Shown: positions 27,398 through 39,000 of the stretch, one piece after another | Layout of the letters: each line of letters starts with the position of its first letter | Numbering within the stretch: the stretch's first letter is position 1 | NCBI GenBank assembly: GCA_030704615.1 | Contig: CM060733.1 | Span: 16,120,001-16,184,000, forward strand | Direction: 5' to 3' | From: Takakia lepidozioides | Taxonomy: Eukaryota > Plantae > Bryophyta | Length of the DNA: 64,000 nt | Made by a program: the position numbers and the translations under genes | Notes under the pieces: generated by a model | Databases searched by the model: none | The model's input: the letters and a program-made list of their open reading frames with translations, nothing else | What the model was told of the DNA's origin: nothing

Positions 27398-27637
27398 TTA
27401 ACACGGACAAAAGACCACATTCCATAATGGTAAGCGAGCCAAACACGATTGTAGAACCTACTTAGGCCAGACCTAAGACCTAAGACCTAACCTTCCTTGA
27501 GACTTAGAGATGGCCTTGAGGTGGTGAGGGCTGGCAACTGGGCATCATCTGCCTCATGAGTGCGCCACCACCCACCTCCATTCTCCACCATTTCTGTCCA
27601 TGTGATCCTCATCACCACATACTTTTAGTAGCTTTAA

Positions 27638-28780
27638 CCCTTCAAGGACAAGGCGACCCGTATCGGGTCGGGTCGAAATTTTGATTGGATGATAAATGTG
27701 CAGATCATGTCGGATGAAAACGATTCCTGAACGAAAAGTGTAGCCCATAAATATTTACGCCCCCCTGTTGATCGCACCCTAAAAATCCTAATCCCCCACG
27801 GTCAGGATTTTTTGGAATCTGGAGGGGTACCCAAAATCCTGTGGTTTTGGGCCTGTCAGCAGGTTGACTGGCAGACGTGGCAGGCAGGATTGGGGGCGGG
27901 GGTGGGCGTTTGCCGGCAGCGGGTGACAGGGGGGGGCTGCATGTCCGCCCGTAAGGACAACGGCGGACCCCGGCACGCGCGAAACGCCAGGCACGTGGCC
28001 CAATCAGGTGGCAGGTGGCGGGAGATTCTCACCCGCGTAGGGTTTAGGTGCGTGGCCCAATCAGGTGGCCGTAGGCAGGTCATGGAGGGAGAGCGCTGAA
28101 ACGCAGGGTGGAGGGCCCCGTGACTTCCTTGGTTTGTGATGACGTGGCCGGATTTTTTGGCCGGTAATGTCCACCGGCTCCGGCAATTCTTGGCCGGAGC
28201 TGGGATCCAAGTAGGGATTCGGTTTTTTGGCAATCTTTGCCTACAAACAGCTTAGAATGTGGAATTTTTTTTCCAGGGTACTCGGTAGGTAGGCAAACAA
28301 CAACATGAGGAGAGGAATTTGGATTCCCTCACAAATTGCCCCACATTTGGGGGGATGTGTTTTTCCCATGAGAGAAATTGGCATTTTGACCCCCCTGTTT
28401 TCCCATACAAAGCAACCATTATGCATTTTTGGAATTTGGCTCTGGAATTTTGGGAGGCTTTGCTGTGGGTGCCATATAATCTGAATCTGGGTAGGCTGTC
28501 AATGAAAAATCAAAAAGGTTGGCAATCTGCTTGGTCAAACCAAATTTTCATGTTGAAAATATATCCAACAAAAAAAAAAAGCCTAGAATTTTTGTTATAA
28601 TCTTCCACTTTAGACGGTCAATTCTCCTGAAATTCTTACTTGAGGTGCATGAAGTAGGTAGGATGACTTTGGAACAGTTCATCCCCTCGGATGTTTGTCC
28701 AATGGGAGATACACTCTCATCCGTGAGGGTATGTCTGGTTTTAGACGGGGCCCACCAAAAACAGGCTCGTCCTTGAAGGG
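27638..28780. mobile_element. Non-autonomous piggyBac derivative (~1.14 kb), opposite orientation to the adjacent full-length element
   Basis: TTAA at 27634-27637 and 28781-28784. TIR CCCTTCAAGGACAAG / CTCGTCCTTGAAGGG. Both subterminal regions are reverse-complement homologous to the ends of 22752-27397. No transposase. Confidence 0.88.
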
Positions 28781-30340
28781 TTAAGCAAGACCATATTCTT
28801 GATGAGAAGTGACTGACATTGCTATTTACAGTTCCAGACTACGGTAGCGACCCGACAAACGACTAAGCTCTATGATTGGATGAAAATTGGGTCTTGTCGT
28901 CTTGTCCACTACACACTTGGGGCCATGCTAATTAGCAAGCCCCAAATCTTCTCCAGTGGACAAAAACCTGATGATCCTCATCACGACTCTCTTCGCCTCT
29001 TTGTTGTGGCTCCATCTCCTCCCACCTTGCTCTACAGCTAAGCGCCCATGAATCATGAGACTTCTCTGTAGGTGTAGGTGATGATAAATTTGCAAATCAA
29101 TTTTCCCAAAGCCCGCATGACCTTCACCTGCGATAGTCATTTGAAGCTGAAGAGCAAAGTTTTGCATAGAGCTTGGATGAACACATTTAGTGCTGGTTAG
29201 GCACAGTGGTCTCATTTGAAGAGCCATGCGGCCAGCAGGAGCTTCGGGCTCAAGCTACCTTGGAACAAGAGTTCGTTGTCTGTTGGGCCTACATCACAAT
29301 CTCTTTAGCAATTGGGATTTGGAGCTTGGTAGGTTAAAGTGGGTATGTTCCAATGCCTCCTACTTATTTTCTTTCTCCTCGGAGGGTTCAAGTGGTTCTA
29401 TTGAGTTAATCTCTTCCTTTCCCCTGCGGCACAAAAAAAAAGGAAAAGGTGGAGAGCAAACCAGCCATCCTACCAAAGAATCCTCGCACACCTTCTCAGC
29501 AGTTCAAGAGGGGATTGTGCCAGGAAGGGTTGGAAGGCCATTCCCATCCATCAGCATCTGGCGGGGCGTTGCTATACCGCACCTCTTGGTCTGTTGGTCG
29601 CGAGTGCAACCATGACCGATCCAATGGCTTCCGCTTCCCGTTGGGTGTCCAAATTCTGTGCTTAACTTCACCGTGTATCTCCCATCTACCTCTAACTGCA
29701 ACCGGGTTTTCTGTGCCGGTAATCCATTACCTCCGATTCCGAGCTACCATTTATCAGCATAGGCTCAATTTATCCCTCCTCAATCGTAGAGGAGAAATCC
29801 AAGTACAGAACTACTCGAAGTTGGTCATTGTATACTAGCATTTGGTTGATGGTCCTTGAAGATTATGATCCGATGATGCTGATGATGATGAATGATTGGA
29901 CACCTAATGATCATGCATTATTTCGTAACATTTGTGAAGCTGCAACTGAACAGAAGTGTACACATCCCTTGAGTGCCCACAATACCTTTCTACTCATGAA
30001 TCTCTCTTCTTATCTCAATTGTACACATGCATGCAACTTGTTTTTGTCATGAATGGTCTGGCAATAATTTCTCTACCTCTCTCTCGTGCCAGACCTGTTT
30101 GATTTCTCTCAAGATCAGAGCAAAATATCACTCTCAAAGATATTTGCTCGTCCTTGGCAGAGGCATGCTTCAGCTACGTGAAGACCCGAAGTGCTTACAG
30201 AGGATGAGGGAGTCAGTCAGATTTATGAGGAGCGTTTGAGGTTTTTCTTGATAGCTGGCAAGGTTGTAGCTAGCAAGATTGTAGGTAGTTCGACAAGTTA
30301 AGATTACTGCTCTTGTTCAAGAAGTTATACAGTCCAGATC

Positions 30341-32147
30341 ATGAAGACGAGAGCCGGGAGTGCTGTAGGTCATCACAAGGGCAGGGCAGGTTCATCGGGC
30401 ACCCGTGCTTGCAGTCACATGATACCTGAAGAGTTGCTTAAGAAAGCAATTAAGGTGGGCATATTGAAGAGGAAGTCTCCCTTCTTCCTAAAGACGATCA
30501 TGGAAAGCTTTTTGGCCACTACACTAGACCCCACCATGGTATATATGCAAACACAGGTCCACAGGTCCAGTCTGAATTGATTTCGTCCCCACTCCATTGT
30601 TTCATTGAATTCGCTTTCAGACGAAATCGTTTTTAAAAGTTGCACTGCAATCGTGAACACTGAACTTAGTTTACTTCGAAGCTCTAGACTCAGATGTGCT
30701 CCGCAAACCTTAGATCCATATGTTGCCTGACGTTGTTAATTGGAATGATTGCCCTTTGCCGTTTGGTTGTTCAATCACCCAGCTTTAAGTTCTTTCATCC
30801 TCACTGGTTTTCCAATTTCTCAAGTTATATCTGATGTATCATGGTCGATGTCAACGTCGTTGTCTCCTTACAGTGGATGCCTGTTACATTTTGGAGGGCG
30901 CACGGGCACAAGGTGGCAGAAACAGTCACCTTGGAAGGCTCACATGGCCGGCAGTGGAAGGTCGGCTTAAGAACCAGAATCAGAACAAAGGGGAGAGAAT
31001 GTTGTTTCAAGATTGGATGGAGGGAGTTTGCATTCGACCACGACTTCAAAGTCGGAGACCAGCTTGTGTTCACTCTCGTTTCACACTCTAATTTTACTGT
31101 TCGAGTGTTTGACAAGTTGGGCAAAAGGAGCCCGGCACTCCCACCACCTAAGGAGTATCCTTGGATACATACTGGAGTGCGGTCATGGCTCCGGGGGATT
31201 CGTAACCACCACCGCGACGGCCGTGCCAGCAGCTTGCCAAAATGCAAGTACACAGTCAAGATTGAATCCTGCCTGAAAACGTGTCCACCGAAGCCAGATA
31301 CTGTTCCACACAATGCTGACACGATGAGTTCCCCAACGCATGTTTCCAGCAGGGATCCCGTTGCCAACGACGCGAGGGCTATGGTAGTAATGGAGGGCAG
31401 GGCATACGCACGGCAGATCAAGAACCCCAATTTCATGCTGATTATGAGAGACTCTCAAGTCCACGGCAAGTCTTCGTTGGTGGGTTCTCACTTTCCACCA
31501 TCCTCTGGTTCTTTAGCAGCATTAGATCTTGATTGTTCATACAGTAAGACTGGGGAAGGTCCAGATCTATGTGCACGCAAACTCATTCAGTTGTCGACCT
31601 TGTCGCTGGCATAGTCTAGTAACTGATAACTCGAGTCTGGACTGCCTAAGGAGGAGAGTGAGGGGGAGACAGGACAAGGGAATGAGGGCGAAGGGCTAAG
31701 CTCTAGGCTCTTAGGAAAGTGGAATTGCCTGTTACAATTTCTGCAGGAGCTATACATACGTAGATAGTGCACCGGGTGCAACCGCATAGCGTGATCGATT
31801 CATTAATTTAATATTGTCTCCGAGAATGGCAGGAAATACCTTTCGAATTCGTCAAGGAATCGAGGATGCCATCAAAGAAGTTCAGCGTGCGCCTGATCGA
31901 TTGCACTGGCAAAGCGTGGAATCCTCAATGCGCAGGGGAGCACCCTTACAGGCGGGAGCTGGCCTCTCAAGCTTGGGCACAATTTGCACTCTACCAAGGC
32001 ATTGAGGCAGGAGATGTTTGTGTTTTTGAGCTAACCCATAACACTGACTTCACAATACTGGTCCGCATCTTCCCCTTAATGGAAGTCGCGGAAAATGCTG
32101 GATGGAACAGCCATCTTGCAAACAAATCTATCAAAAACGAAGTTTAG
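30341..32147 (+). CDS. B3/REM-like gene copy 4 (intact); exons 30341-30538, 30874-31479, 31833-32147; ~372 aa
   Basis: In-frame GT-AG splicing; two B3 domains. Confidence 0.87.
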
Positions 32148-32649
32148 TGTTCACACTTCCGCCCGACCTTTGTGCGTAGCTGATCACTACTACACTTTAA
32201 GCAGTGGCCAGGTTGAATGACACAGTAAATGGTTATACAACAGGGACTGCGGAAAGTTCCTAACGTTTATGTATAGCAGCAACATGCTTGGATTACCTGA
32301 TTAGGAGAAGCCTAGTATCAGAAGATGCCTCCATCTATCGCTAAGTACAGTTCTGTCAAGCTTCATTTCTCCCTTCCCTTCAAAGAAACTTGATTTTTTC
32401 TTAGTCTAGATATAGTTAAGTTTGCAATACGTCTTGTTTCGGTTCGTACGTGTTTTTGTGTTGAGGAATAAGACAATCGATCGGAAAGTGTTTGATGATC
32501 TGTAGACCACAGATTTTTCATTCTTCTCTGAGCACCATCAACTTCTACATTATTTCAAGTAACAAGAAAGGAGCAAGAAAGACCTCCGAAAGATTATAAG
32601 ATTGAGCTGCAATGGAGCCACAGATTGTTGTATATTGGATATAGGGGTC

Positions 32650-33440
32650 AAGTATACATGTACATGTATGGCTGTCTCTCAAGCCCCGCACATCATGCAC
32701 CTCCCTCGAACAAAAGTTTCCTCAGGCTCCACCATGATGTGTGGAATGATTTGGAAAGGGTTACTGCGATTAGGTTCCTTCCCTGGCTCGTTGCAGAGTC
32801 TCGAGCAATTTCCAGTTTCGATTTCGGTCTATCCTCCTGAATTCGCCTTGTAAAAGCTTCTGAACCCGTCCCAAATATTTGTGATGTTATCGGGACATCG
32901 CCTCTCATACTCTGGAATGCACACCCAGACCAGTGCATATTCAGACTGGGTGCGCCCAAAGATTGCAACTTCACCATCCCACGAGATCAGAAGGGGCTCC
33001 AACTCGAGCGACGATCTCAGCATATAAAGCACTACTGGCGAAACCTGGAAACCAGCTCTTGTGGAGTGCTCATGCAAGACCCTTTGTCTGAGCCTTTTTT
33101 CCAATTCCAGTACTTAGCACCTTCAAGAGATCTCCACTTGACTTCAAAATAGTTTTTCTTCACACGCAGATGCAGCCTCGAGAACATTTGCTTCGGTCTT
33201 CTTCCCATTGAGAGCTATACGCTTCTAGTAATCACGAGCAATATACTCGGACGCTCTTCCCGCAATACTCAAGAGTATGCGGGCAATCCTGGGGGAGTCC
33301 TGTGCAGAGCCGCCACTGACGCTTTGAGGCTGCCTTCAAGAGATTTTCCCAGCTCTGTTGGGGATGTGTGCAGCATGGACAGTGCTGCCCCTGGTAGCTG
33401 TGGTGCTGTACATGTGAAAATGATTGATAGAAAATTAAAT
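32650..33440 (-). pseudogene. Degenerate coding-like sequence of unknown family, convergent with the B3 gene; partial paralogs at ~800-1090 and ~4740-5030
   Basis: One frame interrupted by stops (…VLELEKRLRQRVLHEHS…YALVWVCIPEYERRCPDNITNIWDGFRSFYK…). Nucleotide similarity recurs downstream of B3 copies 1, 2 and 4. Confidence 0.35.
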
Positions 33441-33973
33441 GGTAGCGGGATCGTAGGTAATGGAGTTACCGTTGACTGCAGAGCATGTGTCACAGAACAC
33501 TGGTTTGCAATTAGATGTGAATCTTGCTTCATTGAGTTTGTGAGTTCCACCTTGGTTTTTCCGTTGTATTGTTCTGTGGAAACTGCGCATAGCGGAGATA
33601 CACAAGCGGAGCTCTCGCAACCTGCAACAGACCAGTAGGTGCGACACTTTCTAATATTGGTAGTAATTGATGCAACACACGGTTATATGAGCACTGATAT
33701 TTTCACTCTAAGTGTATGGGTTAGGGTCCAGCAGCACCTCCACCCATCAGAGGCACACACCGAACATACCTGTGACAGACTAAACAGGAACTCAGAGATA
33801 GTCATGACGATACTTCAAGGCCAGAAGAAGTGTTCTTCCCGCATCTACAATCCCGGGATGTGCCAAAACATCCAGGTAGAATATATTTCTTGAGTGCCGG
33901 GAGATGGGGGGTGCACATTCAAACCTGTCAACACCGACAATCCGCAGTGTAAAGAGGAGTGGATAGTGGATAC

Positions 33974-34676
33974 CAGTGTTGGGCGGTTCTCTGGTTTTGG
34001 GTAGAACCTGCAGGGTAGGTTCTATCTTGTGGAAGGTAAATAGAGAACCTCCAGGGCCGGGTACTTAAAAACATGGACAGTTAGAGAACCTGCGGTGCAG
34101 GGTATATCTCTGAGTTACATTTTCACAGGTATGTTTCATACTGGTTCTTTAATGCAATTATCCGCCAAATCCGGTGCTCGGGTATATGGGTAGAGAACTG
34201 TATAGAGAACCAAGAGATGACCCGGTTCCGAGTCCTGGTTCTTCAGTTCAAAAAGTTATTATGGACAGAATAAATAAAAAATGTGCATGTATGAGATGGC
34301 CACAATTGTCAATAATTAAGCTCATTTTCTAGCACAACTAAACTTCCTCTAGATTGCACTCTTGGCCTGTTGGCATTCAGTTCTAGCATTTTCACTACCC
34401 TTCTTCTTCCTCAAGGCTTCCACACTAACCTTAGATAACCGCCCTTATACCCAGGGTATGTGTGGGGTGCAGTTACCCTTACCCTCCCCTCTCATTCCAC
34501 CTCGTAGGTCAGGCTCTTATGGTTCGGTGAAGTTCACGGGTAAATAGATTTTGGTATCCGCCGATTCAATCTTGACTAGGGTATTTGAAATTTTAATACC
34601 CGAGGTTAAGGGGGCATATACCCAGGTCCGGAACCGGCGGTTCTTTCACCCAAAACCAGAGAACCGCCCAACACTG
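33974..34676. mobile_element. hAT-superfamily MITE (703 bp)
   Basis: Perfect 29 bp TIR CAGTGTTGGGCGGTTCTCTGGTTTTGGGT. 8 bp TSD GTGGATAC at 33966-33973 and 34677-34684. Repeated AGAACC/GGTTCT motifs inside. Confidence 0.92.
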
Positions 34677-36099
34677 GTGGATACCCAGTGTCCTTTGTGG
34701 AACCACATCCACATGTCTGTATAGTAATAAGACATCATCCAGAAACTTGCTCATTCTTAAAATCTTGGTCAACTAGCAATTGAGAATGTGGGTGGGGCTA
34801 TCCTCAAATTGATACACAAAATACTGACCCGCTCAAGTCTTTAGCATCATTCAATCCAAAAAAAGAAAACTCTCAATCACATCAGCACCCTTGGAGGACA
34901 AAGGAGATGTCCATGACTGCCCTGCAGGAAACCGGAAAAGAGGGAGAGCTCCAAAGTGGATAACTTAAGAGTATTTACAGAAGATCCAAGCACTCCAAGA
35001 CAATAGAAACTGATGAAGTACTGTACCACAGCAGAGTTCAATTTGACCCAATGTTGAATTACCTGTCGTGGTTGAAGAAACTTTGCCAGCCTGAGTTCTG
35101 CCTTTCTTGAATTATTTGTATCTCTACCACTGAAAGCTTTGATTTGCGAAGGTCAAATTGAGTGTATGATGGTTTTGAATCATTTTCCCCACTGTCAATT
35201 GGCAACATGTCACTATTGGTCCTTTCGAAGCCAATGCCAATAGTGGGTCTGCAATGGCTCTTCCCAACTTTTAACTCCCTCCAGTTTGTTGCAGGCCACC
35301 CAGGCCAACTATTTGATGTTATGTCTCAAAGCTAATCTGCTGAGATCTACTGTACATGTAGCAAGGAGCATTTTGTCACAAGAATCCAATCTTCCTTCCA
35401 ATAATTTGGTAGTGATCTAACAGTAGGTTTTTATCCCCACATGGTGATGAAGTAGAAAAGTTGTTTGGGTGGTTTGCCAAGGAAAGACTGCCTGCCTGGC
35501 TGGGTATAGCTTTGCAAAGGTGGTTTCCCGTCAGAAATCAAATAATCTGTCAATCAAACAGCTAGAAGCAAAAAGTGGTGGATACAGTAATTGATAAACC
35601 TGTTTTGAAGCCTAGTACCATGAACATCTACTGCAATAACCCTGATCGGCTCTCCAAATCACTCTTACAATGTCTTATAAGTACTGAGTTTCATGAGCAG
35701 TTGCTGTCGGGGTTGACTGCCTCCTGTGCGGATCTTCTAGTTCACTGACCTCAATTCCATTTGGTAAGTGATTGCCAGGCACATGACTTGGGTTTCTTCG
35801 GGAGCTAAGGCCTTCAATCTCAACCTGGTGCAACATGCCATCTGCCAAAGATGAGGTAATAAGCTCCTCCTCTGCACAGACAAAGCTCAAATCAGTCTGC
35901 AAGCTGGGAAGTTTTGTTCTCCCACAACCTTTCTTGAATGTGGCATGTGGATGGTGAGGTGCATGATGTAGTTGGGCAACTGGACAGGGTGATTGAGGTG
36001 GGTGACGATATCTCCTGCAACTTAAGCGAGACACTGAGTTAAAGACAGGAAGGTAGAAAGAAATGAACTAAATAAATTGAGACATGAACAGAGGCTTAA

Positions 36100-39000
36100 T
36101 CAAAAACCTTGAATACAAGAGGGACCGAAATAGTAGGTACCATGAAAGGGACTGCTCCCACCCATACTTGTGTGCTGTTTGGTTAATGTTCGACCGCGTC
36201 TTCTTAATTTCCTCTTCCACCACAATGTATTTAATATAGGCTTTTTCGGAACCGGTAGAAACTTGAATATAAATGCAATTGGCATACTGTGTTGCCCCAC
36301 AATTCACCACACACAGAGTAAAACTGTCAGGATATCATCCAACTTTAACTTCTGTCACAAGGCCATTATTCTCTCCGTATCACGAAACATTCTCAATACC
36401 ATGTTTCATCCATCAAGCATTGTAAACAGGATGGCATCCCACCTGGGCACAATTCTTACCTGATGAAACCAAGGATGATGCACAGACACCAGTAACCCAA
36501 AGAGAGCTTCACTGTTGATGCAAAATTGTTGAGAAACTCAACAATCACAAACTGTCATAACCAGACACATTTAGTCTTTCAGTCAGTAAGCCATATTTCT
36601 TGTGTGTTTATGTGAAACAGACATTAGAAAGAAATGTCCAGAGTTCAAACACAGCTAGTTGGCTCCCCATCCCATGCCTGCCAATCTTCCCCCAGCAGAA
36701 GATAACTTGAACAATTATAAGACATGGGAGAGACACAACCTCAGCAGCAGAGTGAAGTCAAGCTCTAGGATAGGGCATTTCAGGTAGTCACAAGCAGAAT
36801 ACTAATACTTTGGAATTTAGGATATATTTGTGGTTTATCTATGGACAGCAAGGGCCCTGTACTATAAAAAGGGCATTTGGCAAGTGGCAAACCTGGAAGA
36901 CAACAGTGACAGTTAAAACTCCACAGAAGAGATAGTTCATATAGATGCCTTCGAATACGTTCTTCTTCTCTGGTTTCCTCGAGTTGATCTCATTGAAAAT
37001 CTGTAAGAGGTGAATGTGTTAAGAATTCGATCACCATTCCAAAGACGAAAACCAGCAGCTGGTAGCTCAGTTGGATAGTGCACTTCGTGTCACCCGAGTG
37101 GTTTTGGGCTCCGCAAATCCTGTGGACTTGTCCTGTGTGGGATGGTTTGGTGCTGGTCAGCTGGGGATGTTGTCTCCTGCATGCTTCATGGCTTATATGA
37201 AAGGGGGTTAATTTTTCCCCCTCCTCAGTAAAAGGCATGAATTGTGACCGGTTGTCCCAGGTTTTTTCTTCAGAAATAAAGACAAGATAGATAGAAGACA
37301 AACCTACCAGCACACTTTGAACAATAGCTATTGGAACGAATGTTTGAACTTGCAAATGTTGAAAGCCAAAAGGAGAAACAAAACAGCTTACCTGGCAGAA
37401 AACGAAAGTGTTAAAGATAATCGTGTTCCTTATCTTTACCAGGTGTGCATGAGCACCCTTGAGTTTCAGGATACTTATCCCTCCAAAGTTCAGAGTCATT
37501 AGTACTGCTAATTGATATAAGGCCTGCACACACAGCAGAGCAAGTGTTTCCGTCTTTTGAACTGCCAAAGAATTCAAGTGACTTCTGAACTTGAAATAAC
37601 TTGACTGCACGTGGACCTAAACATCCCTTGCTGAAGGTACCAGAAAGTCATCCAGGGAGAGAGGGAGAGAGAAAAACAAAGAAAGGTTATCACATCCGTG
37701 GGAAGCTCAAAGAGCTAATGGAACAAAGGGGGAAAAGAAAAACAGAATATAAAACCTGGTAAGAGATGTGTGCATGCAATGTTTGAGTGTGTGTAGTTTG
37801 AGTATAGGGGTCTTACTTGTGCGAATATGTTCCTCCACATTATGTTTGTAATCAAGGGTTCCCTGCCATAGGCCCACAAACCCAGTTACTGCTATTCAAT
37901 CCACTATTACTTACACAATTGATATGCAACTTACTTCTGACTGACAGTAAAGAGTCAGAACCATACTTCAACCTAGTGGTCAATCTGGTAAGGTCCTCTG
38001 GGTAGTCGGGAAGTCCCAGTTGACCACAGATAGCCTTGATAGGCTAAGAGCCTAAGAGTCCCTCTGTGGCCCTAGTAGTCATACCCACCCAATTTTGCCA
38101 TGGCCTGTTTGATAGGTCAGCCTTGCTTCCAAGGAACAGAGTAAACGATCTTTGGGTACATTTTTATTTATTTATTTATTTGAAGAAAATGTGAACAATG
38201 GGTGCAGGTCCTTGACGGGGGAAATATAACCCCTTTCACATGAGCCATGAAGCATACCAGGGGACAGAACCCCAGAGCCACAGGCCAATGCACAGGATCA
38301 CTTTGGGTACATTAACATTCAAGCCACCTGGTACAAAACCTAACCTTAGCATTTTCCTCACATGGAAGTGGGCCCACCCAAAACTAGTGAATCTGGAGGA
38401 AGCTGCAATGGTGGTCTGAAGGCACCAATCTCCCTGATATGCCTGTGTTGGAATATTGCCCTCCAACAGAACATACCACCTCTAAAACTGGTCTAAGGAC
38501 GGGGAGAACCATAATTTTTCCCACTGCCGAGTGAATCACCCTAGGCAGAGGAGAGGCAAGAGAGAGGGAGATTACTAGAAGCTCAAATTAAGATTATGCT
38601 CGTGTACCTTCGACCAACTGGCTTCCTCTGCATAAGCTCTTCTGTGGGCGCCTCTGTTGCTAGTGCAAGCGCTCCCAGTGTGTCCATAATGAGGTTCACC
38701 CACAAGAGCTGCCATAGGACACCACACTACTGATTAAAGTAGGATAAAACACCCTGACACTACTGCCTCTCCTGACACTACTGCCTTTCATACCACAGTA
38801 CAACCACAAGGGACGGGAAACAAACTACTGAAAGTCTTTGGAAGTCATGGTAAGGCTGTAGTACCACCAACATCTCCTACAAAAGTTCAACTTGGCCGTG
38901 CAAGTATCATTTACATAATTGACAAAAATGAGCACGCTCTCCACTGGACACCTCCTGCAACAAGGATGTGCACCCATGCAATGTTGGCAGTCTTCTGGAC

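Noticed and set aside
22752-28780. A single 6 kb piggyBac defined by the outermost TTAA ends
   Set aside because: Each element has its own better-matching TIR pair, and host-paralogous sequence lies between them.
37060-37130. tRNA gene
   Set aside because: Only the A-box is good. There is no convincing cloverleaf or B-box, and it continues into a repeated SINE-like body.
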